A stretch of 63,411 bases of DNA, filler included, from Thraustochytrium aureum (Eukaryota), in NCBI GenBank assembly GCA_012862495.1. It is 7 parts of 2 records of this genome, joined end to end, with 100 filler letters (N's around TTAATTAATTAA, not from the genome) between each part and the next. Parts side by side here need not be neighbours in the genome. Positions count along the whole stretch, not along the records: positions 1 to 20,478 come from BLSG01000091.1; 6 more parts are not named here. One strand, written 5' to 3'. The notes under the pieces were generated by a model. It worked only from the letters and a program-made list of their open reading frames with translations. It was not told the DNA's origin and searched no databases. Shown in pieces: positions 1-12,361 of the stretch. The position numbers were made by a program, and so were the translations under genes. Positions within the stretch are counted from its first letter, which is position 1. Each line of letters opens with the position of its first letter.

Positions 1-229
1 AGTTGCTGGTGTTGTTTCACCGCTCGCTCGCTCGCTCGATCGATCAATCGATCACAAATGGTCTGGAGGCAGACCCCGAAAGCAAACTCGCGCTGCAAAC
101 TCGAGCAGAGGCAGAGCAGCGCCGCGAAAGGCAGGCAGGCAGGCAGGCAGGCAGGCGGACGGACGGGCGGGCGGGCCGAGGCCACGTTGCGGACTTTTGC
201 GGAAGGCCGAGTTGTGTGGGCAGGCAATC

Positions 230-1718
230 ATGGAAGCAAACGGCACAAACAACAAACGGCCGTGGGAAGAAAACGACGTATGAGGAGCAGCTCGTGTCGC
301 ACACAGAGAAGAACCGCGCGGCGATCAAGCTCGTGAGCGTTGCCGGCGAGCTCCTGTACGAACGCGGCATCGAGCTCGTGCTCAACAGGAAGAAACTCGT
401 CAATGTGACAACCGGCGAAGTACTCAACGCGCACGAGTACGCCTCCAAGGTGACCCAGATCAACATCGACGTCTTCACCACGGCCGCAATCGCCACCAAG
501 CTGGTCGAAATCGACTTGGCGCCCTCAAAGATCGACCTCGCGCGCCTGGTCGAGGAGTGGGACAAGGTCAAGGACAGCGGCGTGGCCCAGGACGAGTTTT
601 TGCGCACAGCCCTCGCCGAGTTCACAAAGGCAAAGCAGCTACCCTTTGTGCCGCGTGACGTGGTCCTGTATGGGTTTGGCCGCATCGGCCGCCTCGCAGC
701 GCGCATGATCATCCTCGGCGCCGGCAAGGGAATCCAGCTGCGCCTGCGCGGCATCGTCGTGCGCGACAAGCAAAAGACCGACATCCTCAAGCGCGCCGCC
801 CTGTTCCAAAACGACTCGGTGCACGGCCAGTTCCCGGGCCAGGTCGACGTCGACGTGGAGAGCCAGACCCTGTTCCTGAACGGCCAGGGTGTCAAGGTCA
901 TCTCGGCGAACGCGCCTGAGGACATCGACTACACCAAGTATGGCATCTCGAATGCCCTCGTGATCGACAACACGGGCGTGTTCACGGACAAGGCCTCGCT
1001 CAGTCGCCACCTCGAGTCCAAGGGCGTCGCAAAAGTGCTGCTCAGCGCGCCCGGCAAGGGCGTGCCCAACATCGTGTACGGAGTCAACCACGAGTCGCTC
1101 GACTTGGCCAAGGACAACATCTTTTCCGCGGCAAGCTGCACCACCAACGCGATCTCGCCGATTCTCAAGGTTGTCGAGGACACGTTCGGGGTGCGCAAGG
1201 GCCACATCGAGACCATCCACTCGTACACGAACGACCAGAACCTGCTCGACAACTTCCACAAAAAGGCGCGCCGGGGCCGCTCTGCAGCGGTCAACATGGT
1301 CATCACGGAGACGGGGGCCGGCAAGTCGATGCCCAAGATCATCCCGTCGCTCAAGGACAAGCTCACGGCCAGCGCTGTGCGCGTCCCCACCCCGAACGCG
1401 AGCCTGGCGATCATGAATCTGGAGCTCAACAAGTCCGTAGAGTCCGTGGAGGCCATTAACGACGTCGTGCGCAAAGCGTCAATCCGCGGCGACCTCGTGG
1501 CTCAAATCCACTACAGCATCGACCCTGAGGTCGTCTCGTCGGACGTGATCGGGACGTCGGCTTGCTCGTTCTTCGACAGCCACGCCACAATCGTGTCTCC
1601 GGACAAGCAGGGCGTCGTGCTCATGTGCTTTTACGACAACGAGTACGGCTTTACCAAGCAGCTCGTCCGCCTCGCCAAGCACGTGTCTGGCGTGCGCCGA
1701 AAGACCTACTTTCTCTAG
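230..1718 (+). CDS. GAPDH: Glyceraldehyde-3-phosphate dehydrogenase, long (~490 aa) bacterial-type with N-terminal extension
   Basis: Rossmann motif YGFGRIGR, catalytic ASCTTNA, TETGAGK, AVRVPTPNAS and YDNEYG. The ~130-aa extension (GELLYERGIELVL...APSKIDLARL) and the C-terminus RLAKHVSGVRRKTYF resemble the long Bacteroidota GAPDH. The likely start ATG at 230 is one base out of frame (probable indel near 250). Confidence 0.93.
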
Positions 1719-1867
1719 AGCTGAGGCCAGAGAACCTGGGCGCGCTGAGGCCAGAGAGCCTCTAGAGGCGAGCTAAGGCCAGAGAGCCTCTAGAGGCGAG
1801 CTGAGGCCAGAGAACCTCTAGAGGCGAGCTGAGGCCAGAGAGCCTCTAGAGGCGAGCTGAGGCCAGA
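1713..1867. repeat. 28-bp minisatellite (CTCTAGAGGCGAGCTGAGGCCAGAGAGC)n starting at the GAPDH stop and running into an N gap
   Basis: About 4 near-perfect copies at 1759-1867 plus two degenerate copies from 1713. Confidence 0.9.
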
Positions 1868-2650
1868 NNNNNNNNNNNNNNNNNNNNNNNNNNNNNNNNN
1901 NNNNNNNNNNNNNNNNNNNNNNNNNNNNNNNNNNNNNNNNNNNNNNNNNNNNNNNNNNNNNNNNNNNNNNNNNNNNNNNNNNNNNNNNNNNNNNNNNNNN
2001 NNNNNNNNNNNNNNNNNNNNNNNNNNNNNNNNNNNNNNNNNNNNNNNNNNNNNNNNNNNNNNNNNNNNNNNNNNNNNNNNNNNNNNNNNNNNNNNNNNNN
2101 NNNNNNNNNNNNNNNNNNNNNNNNNNNNNNNNNNNNNNNNNNNNNNNNNNNNNNNNNNNNNNNNNNNNNNNNNNNNNNNNNNNNNNNNNNNNNNNNNNNN
2201 NNNNNNNNNNNNNNNNNNNNNNNNNNNNNNNNNNNNNNNNNNNNNNNNNNNNNNNNNNNNNNNNNNNNNNNNNNNNNNNNNNNNNNNNNNNNNNNNNNNN
2301 NNNNNNNNNNNNNNNNNNNNNNNNNNNNNNNNNNNNNNNNNNNNNNNNNNNNNNNNNNNNNNNNNNNNNNNNNNNNNNNNNNNNNNNNNNNNNNNNNNNN
2401 NNNNNNNNNNNNNNNNNNNNNNNNNNNNNNNNNNNNNNNNNNNNNNNNNNNNNNNNNNNNNNNNNNNNNNNNNNNNNNNNNNNNNNNNNNNNNNNNNNNN
2501 NNNNNNNNNNNNNNNNNNNNNNNNNNNNNNNNNNNNNNNNNNNNNNNNNNNNNNNNNNNNNNNNNNNNNNNNNNNNNNNNNNNNNNNNNNNNNNNNNNNN
2601 NNNNNNNNNNNNNNNNNNNNNNNNNNNNNNNNNNNNNNNNNNNNNNNNNN

Positions 2651-5600
2651 TTCCCAATCAAGTTGTTGTCAAGGCGCAGCACCTCGAGGCCGTTGGTACG
2701 GACGGTGCTTCGAAGGACGTTGGCGAGCGCCGCCGCCCCGGCCGACCCTATTCGGTTCCCGCTCAAGTCGAGCTCCAACAGCGTCTCGTTGCGCTCAAAC
2801 GCCGCCGCGAGCGCCGCCGCCCCAGCATCGCCAACGCGGTTGTTCTCAAGCTGCAAGCTACGAAGCTTGTCGTTCAGGGCGAGGCCCTCTGAAAGCGCCG
2901 CGCAGGCCCGGTCGCCAAGCCCCGTGTTTCTAAAACTGACTTCCTCGAGCCTCGAGTACCGCCCAAAGAAAAAGTCGCCGAGGGTGCGCATCAGCGGCAG
3001 CGCGCCCTGCTCACCGAGGTCGGGTTGGTCGTTAATAAAGACCTTGGTCAGGCGAAAGTTGTGGCAGCGCATCGACTCGGCAAGCGCGAACGCGCCGCCT
3101 GGCCCGATGGCAGACCCGCGCCCGAGTCCGAGCTCGCGCAAGCTTTCATTCGCTTTGAGGACCTCGGCGAGCTGTTTTGCCCCCTTGGCCCCGAGCCGCC
3201 AGTGCGCGAGCCACAGCGTCTCCGCCTCGCGCTCGTGCGTCTCAAGCCAGCGCAAGATGAGCCCGGCGCCTGCGCGGCAAGGCTCGCGCCGCCTGGAAGC
3301 GAAAGCAATGCCAGACATGTTTGCCAGAACTTCGAGGCCAGCGCCAGCTGCCTCGAGCGCACTTTGCGCACTGCTCGACTGTCGCGGCCGGCAGCGCTTC
3401 TTCTCGCGACTCGTTGCTTGCACGCCAGACAACTTGTTCGCGACGGCACTCTCTTGCGCTTTCTCGGGCTCGCTGTGCGAGTCGCTGGCCTGGGACGGCG
3501 CGGTGTTCGGCCGCGGCGGCTCTGTCTCGGCTTGCCCGGATGCTTTTGGCCCCGCAAGCAAGTCATCTGCTGCCTCTTGCGCGACGCGGCGATGCTGGCC
3601 GGCCGCATCCGTTTCGGGGGGCGTCTTCTGGTTGCCGATTCTCCCGGTTGGCGGCTCTGGCTCGGGGTCGATGATGCCCGTCCCCGTCGGGCCCCGAGCC
3701 ATGCCGTCTGGCTGAAGCGCGGCAAGGCTGTCCATCTGCACCCAAAACCTGCTTCGCCACGTGCGCTGTTTAGCCATGTACTTTCGAGCAGCATCCCGGA
3801 AGGGCCCATACGAAGACCTGCAAATGTACGCGCGGTAGGCGCGCTGGATGAGGCGGCTCGAGTTGCCGCGCAGGTTCTTGTACCACTGCCGCGTGCAATA
3901 CCCGCGCACGATGCGCTGCATTTGCTTTGCTCCTCGATACTTGGCAATGTCCTTTCGGAACTGGCACCTCGCCACGTACGCTCGGTAGCAGCGCTGCAGC
4001 TCCCGCGCGCCGTGGCGGCGCCGAGCCGTGAGCTTTGCCCGCGCGCGGCCAAAGTGGCCGCGAACGAGCCTCTGCAGTTCCTTGGCGCCGCGCTGCCTCA
4101 TGCGCTCCAAGTGCTCTTGGCGGAGTCGAGCAAGGCGNNNNNNNNNNNNNNNNNNNNNNNNNNNNNNNNNNNNNNNNNNNNNNNNNNNNNNNNNNNNNNN
4201 NNNNNNNNNNNNNNNNNNNNNNNNNNNNNNNNNNNNNNNNNNNNNNNNNNNNNNNNNNNNNNNNNNNNNNNNNNNCAAGGCGGCGTCGCGCAACAAACGA
4301 CCGAGCCGCGCACTGTGCGGTTCGCGCTGACGCAAACTCGAGCCGAAGCCGCTCGAGCTTTTGCGCGCCACGTGACACCGCCAAGCGCGCTGGAGACACT
4401 TTGTCGAGCGGACCTCGAGCAAGTGACGCTGGTACGCGGCCCACTCGGCAGCGAGCTGCTCGCGGCGGCGCTGCGCCTTGGCGCGCCCTTGCACGCCTCT
4501 TGCGAGCGTGCGCTGTACCTCGACAGCGGCAGCGCGCCGGCGGGCCCTTTCTTCGAGGACGCGCTTCTTGTGTGCAGCGGCCACACTGCGGCCCCAGTTG
4601 CCGCGCAAGATGGATTGCACCTTGGTGATAGTCTGCTCTTCGAACGCGAGGTGCAAGCCCCACTGCGCGGGGTCCCAGAGCCCCAAGGTGGAGCGCACCG
4701 AGAGGTCGAACGGATCGAGGTTGAATATGGTCGCGAGCGCTTGCACCGCGGCCTCCTTGTCGCGCATCAGGAGGCTCAGCTCAGCAAATGTAAGCCACAG
4801 CTCGGTGCTCTCCTGCCCCGAGCTCGTCCAGAGCGACTTTGTGTACAGGTCGAGTGCAAAGATGAGGTCGCCCTGCTCGCGGCAGATCGCCCCGAGACGC
4901 GTCCAAGTCTCTGGGTCGTCTTTCCACTCCGCAAAAGAGACGTGTCTGCGCGGCACGCCTAGGTCTAGGGCGCCTGGGTGGCCGTCCGGGTGGCTCGCGG
5001 CCCCGGCGACGACTTCTGGGTCCTCCAAGCCGGCGTTTGGTGCGAACTTGACCAGGCCAGCTTCGCGCGACTTTTTATACGCCTGCTTGTACGCCTCTTT
5101 GCTCATCCTCTTGCTCCCCTTGGAGCCCGAGTACTCGTATGCAAGACCGAGCAATAAAATGATGTCGTGCTCCTCGTAGGGGGCAACGGGGTCGTCGAGG
5201 ACCTCCTGCAAGTTGGCCAGCATTTCGTCCATCATCTCGCACCGCTTGAAAGCCTGGCAGGCGCGGAACCGCACATCGAGCATGCGCTTGTACCGCGGGT
5301 AGTTGAGAAATATGCTGTTGTACTGCTCGACGGCGCCTCCAAAGTCGCCCTCGAGTTCAAGTACGCGGCAAAGCAAGAGCGTGGCCTCCAGCGCAGCCTT
5401 GCCCTTTGCCCCGCCCAGCGCCGCCTCAGCGCCGCGCCGCGCCTGCACAAGATGCACATCGCTGACGGTCTTTGCATACTGCGCCTCGTGCAGGCCGAGC
5501 TCCGCCCGCACCAGGGCCTTCCAGTAGGACCCGTCCCTTGCGTCACTACCCACCTGGCGCAGGACTTGCAGCGCGTACTCAAAGTGGCCCGCGTCCACGG

Positions 5601-5784
5601 ACTGCGCCGCAGCCAGCACCAGAGCGCGCTCCCCAGCCGCGGCGCTCATCGGGGCCCGAGCGCCTCGCGCCACGCAGCCTGCCTGCCCTGCATGCGAGTC
5701 TGCCCGAACCTGCTCCAACTCCACGGCGCGGCGCACATTCGCATACGCGCGATCGTATCGCTTCAGGTCCGCGCCGCGAGACCT
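2651..5784 (-). CDS. Large TPR + IQ (calmodulin-binding) + RNI-like LRR protein (partial, gapped)
   Basis: N-terminal TPR-like helices (WTRLGAICREQGDLIFALDLYTKSL). Multiple IQ motifs (KVQSILRGNWGR, ELQRLVRGHFGR, QMQRIVRGYCTR, LIQRAYRAYICR). C-terminal LRRs (LRSLQLENNRVGDAGAAALA, LLELDLSGNRIGSAGAAALA). Both ends lie in N gaps, and there is a frameshift near 4360. Confidence 0.8.
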
Positions 5785-6106
5785 NNNNNNNNNNNNNNNN
5801 NNNNNNNNNNNNNNNNNNNNNNNNNNNNNNNNNNNNNNNNNNNNNNNNNNNNNNNNNNNNNNNNNNNNNNNNNNNNNNNNNNNNNNNNNNNNNNNNNNNN
5901 NNNNNNNNNNNNNNNNNNNNNNNNNNNNNNNNNNNNNNNNNNNNNNNNNNNNNNNNNNNNGTAGATCCGCTTGCCACACTTCGTACAGAACGAACCCTCG
6001 CGGTGACCCTGGCTCTTGCCTGCCGGATGCGCGACGGTGCGGGCCAGGGGGCGCCAATGCTTGGTCGAGGCCAGCAGGCGTTGTTGGTGAGTACCCGATC
6101 CATGGG

Positions 6107-6237
6107 TCCAGGCGTGTCGGCATCCAGGCGTCCAGGCGTCTCGGCATCCAGGCGTCCAGGCGTCTCGGCATCCAGGCATCCAGGCGTCTCGGCATCCAGG
6201 CGTCCAGGCGTCTCGGCATCCAGGCGTCCAGGCGTCT
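6107..6237. repeat. 24-bp minisatellite (TCCAGGCGTCTCGGCATCCAGGCG)x~5.4, built from 8-mers
   Basis: Directly visible tandem copies. These produce the RRLDAWMP repeat in the ORF track. Confidence 0.9.
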
Positions 6238-6622
6238 ATCCACCTCGGCACCCATCCCTATCGACATGGGCCACTTGACTTGGGCTGCTACGTGGCGCGC
6301 TGGTTGACCGAGTTTCAGCGGCCGGTGGATGTTGAAAAGCTTTGGTCGACGAGCTTGCTTGCGCGGTCGTTCTTGCGGTTGCAGCTGCTGCAGCCCCTAC
6401 TCCGAGCTGGGGGCGCCCAGCGCTTTTGTCTATGCTGTGGTGATTGATGATGGTGGTGCCGGCGCGAACGGCGGCTGAAAAGGGCGAACGCCTTGCCGTA
6501 TGGTGGTGCTGACGCTGAGAGAGACAAACGCAGAGCTTGGAAATGGAAGAGCATTTGGTTTGGGAGTACACTGCGCTACAAACTCGCGCGAGCACCCGTG
6601 GAGCGGTCGTTTGATGTGGTTC

Positions 6623-9137
6623 CTAAGCTTGGCGGGCCGTGCGCGAGTGGTTGCGCATCATGGCGACGAGACGGTCGACGAGTCCCGGTGAGAACACGCG
6701 CGCCAGCTCGTGGCGATATATGAAACACTGCTCAGACCACTTGGCCTTGCTGGCGAGCAAGCGAAGGTACTTCTTCACGCCAATAGGTCGAAGCGTCTCG
6801 TGAGGCTCCAATATTGTGCTAGTGAATGCGGGCGTCTCATCCTTGGTGAACATGGGGACAATCGAGTTGCGAACGTCGAAAAACGACCACTGTGCAAAGA
6901 GCTGGAAGCTCTCAATGGTGGTGAGCTGGAGAACCTCGTCGCTGTTGACAAAGGCCTGGATCTTGATAAAGCTGTCCACGATCTGCGCAGATTTATCGCA
7001 TCGCAGCGGGTGGAAATGTTAGCGGTTCATTCGGCAGGCCGCAAGTCCCACTGTGGCGAGCACCTGGCTGGCCGACTTACAATGCTGAGCAGCACATTGA
7101 GGAGCAAAATCGTGGTGAGCACAATAAAGCTCCAGAAAAACACCCAGAACAAAAACGCGTCCCATACACCTTCGCGCTCTTGCAGAAGGGTTTCTTGAAC
7201 AGAGCCCATTTCGCCAGTGGCAGTGAACATCAAGGAGGCTATCGCACGACTCACGTCCCTAACGTCGCCGGAACCGTGCCGGCTGGCTGTTAGCAAATCG
7301 CAGCGCAAACGTCGGCCCCGTTTGCTTGGCATGCTCAAACTTACCCGAATTGGTCGGTGTCATTGCCGAGTAAGACGGTGCCGACCACGGCGTAAAAGAC
7401 GAGAATGATGAAGAAGACGACCAAGAACAAGCCCAAGTCCCCCACAGCCACACCGATCGTCTTGGAGATGAAGCCCAGGCGAGGGTGAAAGTCAAAGTAC
7501 AGGATCGTGCGAGCCGCCATGACAAGCAAAACGAGGGCGAGGATCCCTTCATACACGTTGATGAGAGAGATGATGGAGCGCAACTCGCCGAGCGAAGCCC
7601 ACACTTTAGAAAGGTCGTCGAGCGCGGCTTCGCCCATTTTCGTGGCCGAGGAGTCCGAAACTGCTTCCGAACGGATCAGAACCACGATATAGATCGCGAT
7701 TGCTGCAAAATGGGCCAACAGCGTGACCAAGTCGACCCACAGCCCGGCCCTGGCTCGGCGCAAGCCCTTGCGCCTGAACGCCTTGAAGACCGGGACCAAG
7801 AAGAGGAACACCAGGATAATGTAAAACCCAAGCACGACGAGCATTGGAGTCTGCGACTTTGCAGAGAAAACCCTCGCCGACTCAATCACCGTCGTCTCCT
7901 TAACGCGCCCGCCACGGTCAAAGTAAAAGCATTTCTTGATGGTTGCCCAAACGCCCTTGCCATTCCTGTTCTCGGTGTTGAGGGTGAAGCACACGGACTG
8001 CGTGAACTCGTCGATCCAGCCGGCATCCTTGAGCGTTTTGATCTCACAAAAAGTCGAATCCGGTGGCAGCGTGAAGACGCCTAGGTTTAGAAACGAGTAG
8101 TACCCAGGCGGGTCAGATTCAGCTCTGTATGTGTAAGCTTGCTCGAGGACGTTAAAATCGGACAGGTTGCGCCCGTTGACTTGAGCTGGCTTCCACGAGG
8201 TGGTGTCGGCGAAACGGACCTCTTCAATGCCGAAGCAGTTCGTGGCGGAGACGTGCTCCGGTGCGTAAATGCTGTACAGGTCGCTGTCGCACGGTTTGGC
8301 GGAGAAGCGCGTCTGGCTAACGAGCAAACCGAAGATATACCGGTTGAATTCGTCCATGTATCCGCTCTCGTTGGTGACAGAAAAGCACTCGAACGGCACC
8401 GGGCCGCCGCAATCCAGTACGTCGCGCAGGCACTGCGCGCTCATTCCGTTTGTTTCGTTGGGGTTTGGAGTGAAAAGCACCAGCACGAGCGCTTCCATGT
8501 ACGCGAATAGGTCGATCCTAAATGCGACCTTGGCGTCGACGGACTCGAACAAATTGGCCAGGGAAACCTCCACGCTGCGGGCTGCGGGGTCGTTCTCAAA
8601 AGTAGCCAGCACCACAAAGGTGAGCACAACGCCAACGAAAACTAGGTGGAGAAGAAGGCGCCGCCACCCGACAGAGACCTGGTGCATCAGCTCGGCAAAG
8701 CGCGTGAAGGACTGCGCTCTGATTTCGTTCTCATACCGGATTCTCCGCAAGAATTCCTTGCGGGCCTTTAACCGGCGAAAGGCAGACTGCACTTTCACGG
8801 CTGCAGCTCGCCACTGCTCGGTGCGCATCGACGAGAGCGCTTTTGCGTTTCTAGTAGACATCGTCCGCGTGCTGAGCTCGGAAATAGGTGCGACGCACAT
8901 CGGCTTGCTGGAGCTCTTGATTCTGCTCAGTGTCCGCATCGACAAATTCGCCCCAGCTTGCTCCGCCCGCCGCTTATCTTGGTCTTCGATCTCCGCGCCG
9001 GTTGGCTCGTCGTTGATTCGCAGTTGCTCGCGGTGCTCGTCAATGATGGCCACAACGTCCTCCTCTGTCAAGTACCACCGCGGCACAGCCTCGCTCCGCA
9101 ACGCCGAACGCGCTCTCCCTTGCTCACGCCGCGACAT
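6623..9137 (-). CDS. PKD2: Polycystin-2 (PKD2/TRPP)-like cation channel with N-terminal IQ motif; 2 introns (7259-7344, 6983-7080)
   Basis: TM1 is followed by a TOP-domain signature (LKDAGWIDEFTQSVCFTLN) and FHPRLGFISKTIGVAVGDLGLF. After splicing the GTAAGT..AG introns, the protein continues FGDVSRAIASLMF...FFWSFIVLTTILLLNVLLSIIVDSF (pore helix and S6). Confidence 0.85.
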
Positions 9138-9912
9138 CGGCCCCGAGCTGGGCCCGCAGATTCTCTCTGCGAGCTCGGCGCAGCAGCGTCACCCTCGCGT
9201 ATCTCCCCTTCTCCGCCAGCCGCGCTTCCGAGGCCTGCCTCGCCGAGCTCCTGCCTGTCCGCATTCGTCCTTAGCGCCGCTTGCCGGTGTTTCACTTTCA
9301 TCTCGGCGGCGCGTCCATAGACAGCAGGACACTCGGGCCGCGAATGTTCGCGAGCGCGCTTCGCCGAGGGGTCCGCGCCACTCCGTCCGCGCACGCGCCA
9401 GCCGGCCCGCGAGCCGCGCGTCCCGCTCCGTGCGCGNNNNNNNNNNNNNNNNNNNNNNNNNNNNNNNNNNNNNNNNNNNNNNNNNNNNNNNNNNNNNNNN
9501 NNNNNNNNNNNNNNNNNNNNNNNNNNNNNNNNNNNNNNNNNNNNNNNNNNNNNNNNNNNNNNNNNNNNNNNNNNNNNNNNNNNNNNNNNNNNNNNNNNNN
9601 NNNNNNNNNNNNNNNNNNNNNNNNNNNNNNNNNNNNNNNNNNNNNNNNNNNNNNNNNNNNNNNNNNNNNNNNNNNNNNNNNNNNNNNNNNNNNNNNNNNN
9701 NNNNNNNNNNNNNNNNNNNNNNNNNNNNNNNNNNNNNNNNNNNNNNNNNNNNNNNNNNNNNNNNNNNNNNNNNNNNNNNNCGGCAGTGCTCTGGAGAGGC
9801 CTGGTCGAGTTGGGCGCGTTCAGCCGGGGCTCGGGCGTCTGCTCTGGTCGTCACCGCGTCCGCGCGCTGTCGCAGGCATTTGGCAGGAGCGACCTCGGCG
9901 GCTCGAGAAACA

Positions 9913-11962
9913 ATGGTGCCCGCGTTTGGCGCCCAGGCCGGGCACGGGCTGCAAGGCGGGAGCAACAGGAGGGTGAAGAGCGCTGCCAGCGTGGGCAGCG
10001 TGGAGAGCGAGGAGGGGTGGGGCTATCGGGCGATGGGCCAGAACGGGAGCCCGCCCGCTGGCGTGCGCGGGTGGGGCTCGCCCAGGAAGAAGGGCGCCGA
10101 GAACGCGCGGCTGGGCGGGCTGCGGATTCCGGTGATCTTGCTTCTGTTTGTGCTTGGGCTCACCGCGCTGGCGAGCCTGCAGATTCTGCTCAACTTTGCG
10201 GGGATGCGCAACTGGCTGCCACGGCAGGGCAAGCCCAGCCTCGACCTCGGCACGAGCGACATTGAAGACCTTGGCGTGCCGCGCTTTGACTCGGGCGAGA
10301 GCAGCAACAACGACGACGACGACGACGAGTTCGAGGTCATGCGGAACGTCCAGCCCCGGGGGCACCGCTTGTCGCGCAAGGCTCCCGCCGCTCGCCAGTA
10401 CCGCGAAGAGGCCGAGGTGGAATTCGGCGAGCAAGAAGCGCCCGAGGAGGACGCCGAAATTGAGAACCAATTTGAAGACGCCGGCGCTGACAGCGATGCC
10501 GAGGAGGAATTCGACGAGGACGCACGAGGCTTTGAGGCAGAGCCGCAAAGACGCAAGCGCGCGCCCGCCGCCAGCGCCTCGAGCCTGAGGAAGGAGCCGC
10601 CTGCGGCAAGCCGAAAGAGCGCTAAAGCTACCTCGGCCGAGGAGCAGGCTGAAGAGTATGACAGCGAGCAAGACACCCGCGCGGCGCTCGCTGAAAAAGC
10701 CCAGCCCGAGAAGGATATCCCAGACCCCGGTGCGATCGTCCTCGACCAGCCCCTACGTGCCCGTGCCGCAACTCGCTCCCCGCATGCCCAAGAGCTTCAC
10801 GTACTTTAAGGGCGCCTGCCACTCGTTCTGCAAGAGCCTGATTCGCGCCGGGTACACGATGCTGCCTGGGATGACCTCGCCGGCGCACCCCGAGTTCGTG
10901 ATCATCAGCTACAAGAGCCTGAACAAGTACGCCAACTTGAAGTCGTCGATCCTGAACCAGATCGGCTATGGGTCGAGCTGCATTGGCGGCGGCAAGGGCA
11001 AGCAGCTGGCCTGCAAGGAAGAGTTTTCGCTGGAGAACGGGTGCGAGTACCGCAACCTTGGCGTCCAGCCCGAACAGTGGAACCTCCGGTACCCCACGTC
11101 GTGCCGAGCCTTCTTTGACGTGGCGAGCTTGCCGGAGAACAAGGACCAGATCTGGATCGTCAAGCCCGGTGGGTCGTTCCACGGGAGCGGCATCAAGCTC
11201 TACAACGGGATCGAGCAGCTGCGCAGCAAGTTCCGCTGCACGCTTCAGCTCAGCGACGGGATGATCGTGCAGCGGTACGTGGCCAAGCCTGCCCTGTTCT
11301 CGGGGTACAAGTTTGATTTCCGCACATACATGTTGATCGCCAGCATGAACCCGTTCGTCGTGTTCTACCATGACGGGTTCATCCGGCGCTCCGAGCACCT
11401 CTACGACACCTCAGCTGCGAGCCTAGGGGACGCCAAAAAGCACATCACCAACAGCCGGTCGCAGAGCTCCGAGAACCACTTTTTCAGCTTCCAGCAGCTG
11501 CAAGAGCGCCTCACAGCGGAGTCGGGCTTCCCCAGCGACTTTATGGACAAGGTGATCCGCCCGCATGCCATGCGCACGACCAACTTTATGTTCCACGCCG
11601 CTGCGCGCAAGTTCAAGCACCGCTCGGCTCGTCACCAGTTGTTTGCGCTCGACTGGATGCTCGACGGAGACGGCAAGCTCCACCTCCTCGAGGCAAACGG
11701 CAATCCGCAGACGTCAGACTACCCAGCAGAGCTCGGCCTCACGCCGCGGCTCTGGACAAGCATGGTTGACCTGGTGCACATGGTGCAAGTGGAGACCAAG
11801 CTGCTGCCGCACGACTTTTCTGTGCAGTCGCGCTACGCTTTCGAAGGGTGGAAGTTGGTGTACAACGAGCTCGAGGCGGTGCATCACAACGCCAAGTACA
11901 ATCCGTGTTCTTTCAACTCGTACGCCGAGTCGGGACATCAAATCTTCGGGTTCAGTCCGTGA
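9913..11962 (+). CDS. Type II membrane protein with C-terminal tubulin-tyrosine-ligase-like (ATP-grasp) domain
   Basis: ATG at 9913, a single TM segment (IPVILLLFVLGLTALASLQILLNF) and an acidic stem. After a 1-nt frameshift near 10750 come the TTL motifs WIVKP...GSGI, IVQRYVAKP, KFDFRTYMLI, HITN, LFALDWMLD and LLEANGNP. Confidence 0.82.
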
Positions 11963-12361
11963 TAGCGCGAGCTCGGGGCCTGTGCTCCCGCGCTGGCGAG
12001 TTGCGCGACGACGACCCAACCGCGTGTCTGCAGGCGCCTCGAGGGCGTATCGCCGGCTCGAAAAGATGGGGCGAGACGACGAGACATTGGTAGGAAGTGA
12101 GGCGCGGCAGGGGCACGACAGGGCAGGCCGGAAAACGCAGCTCGCTTTCTGGTGGGCGTGCAACGCAGTGCCGGCCAGTTCACTTGCTGAAACAAACGAA
12201 ACCAAATTGATTTGAAGTTCGTCCGGGAGCGGAGCCGAGAGTCAACCAGGCGACTTTCTTTCCTGCCTTCCTTCCTTGTTTGTTTGTTTGTTTGTTTTTC
12301 GATCTTGGTCTTGGAAAAGAAGCAAGGAAAGCAGTCAGCCAGCCCCGCGTTGCATCTTATT

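Noticed and set aside
1713..1867. 28-bp repeat with internal palindrome as a CRISPR array
   Set aside because: The copies are head-to-tail with no unique spacers, there are no cas genes, and the context is eukaryotic.
6107..6267. RRLDAWMP-repeat N-terminus of the 1473-aa ORF
   Set aside because: It is a translation of a 24-bp minisatellite joined to the gene only through N gaps.
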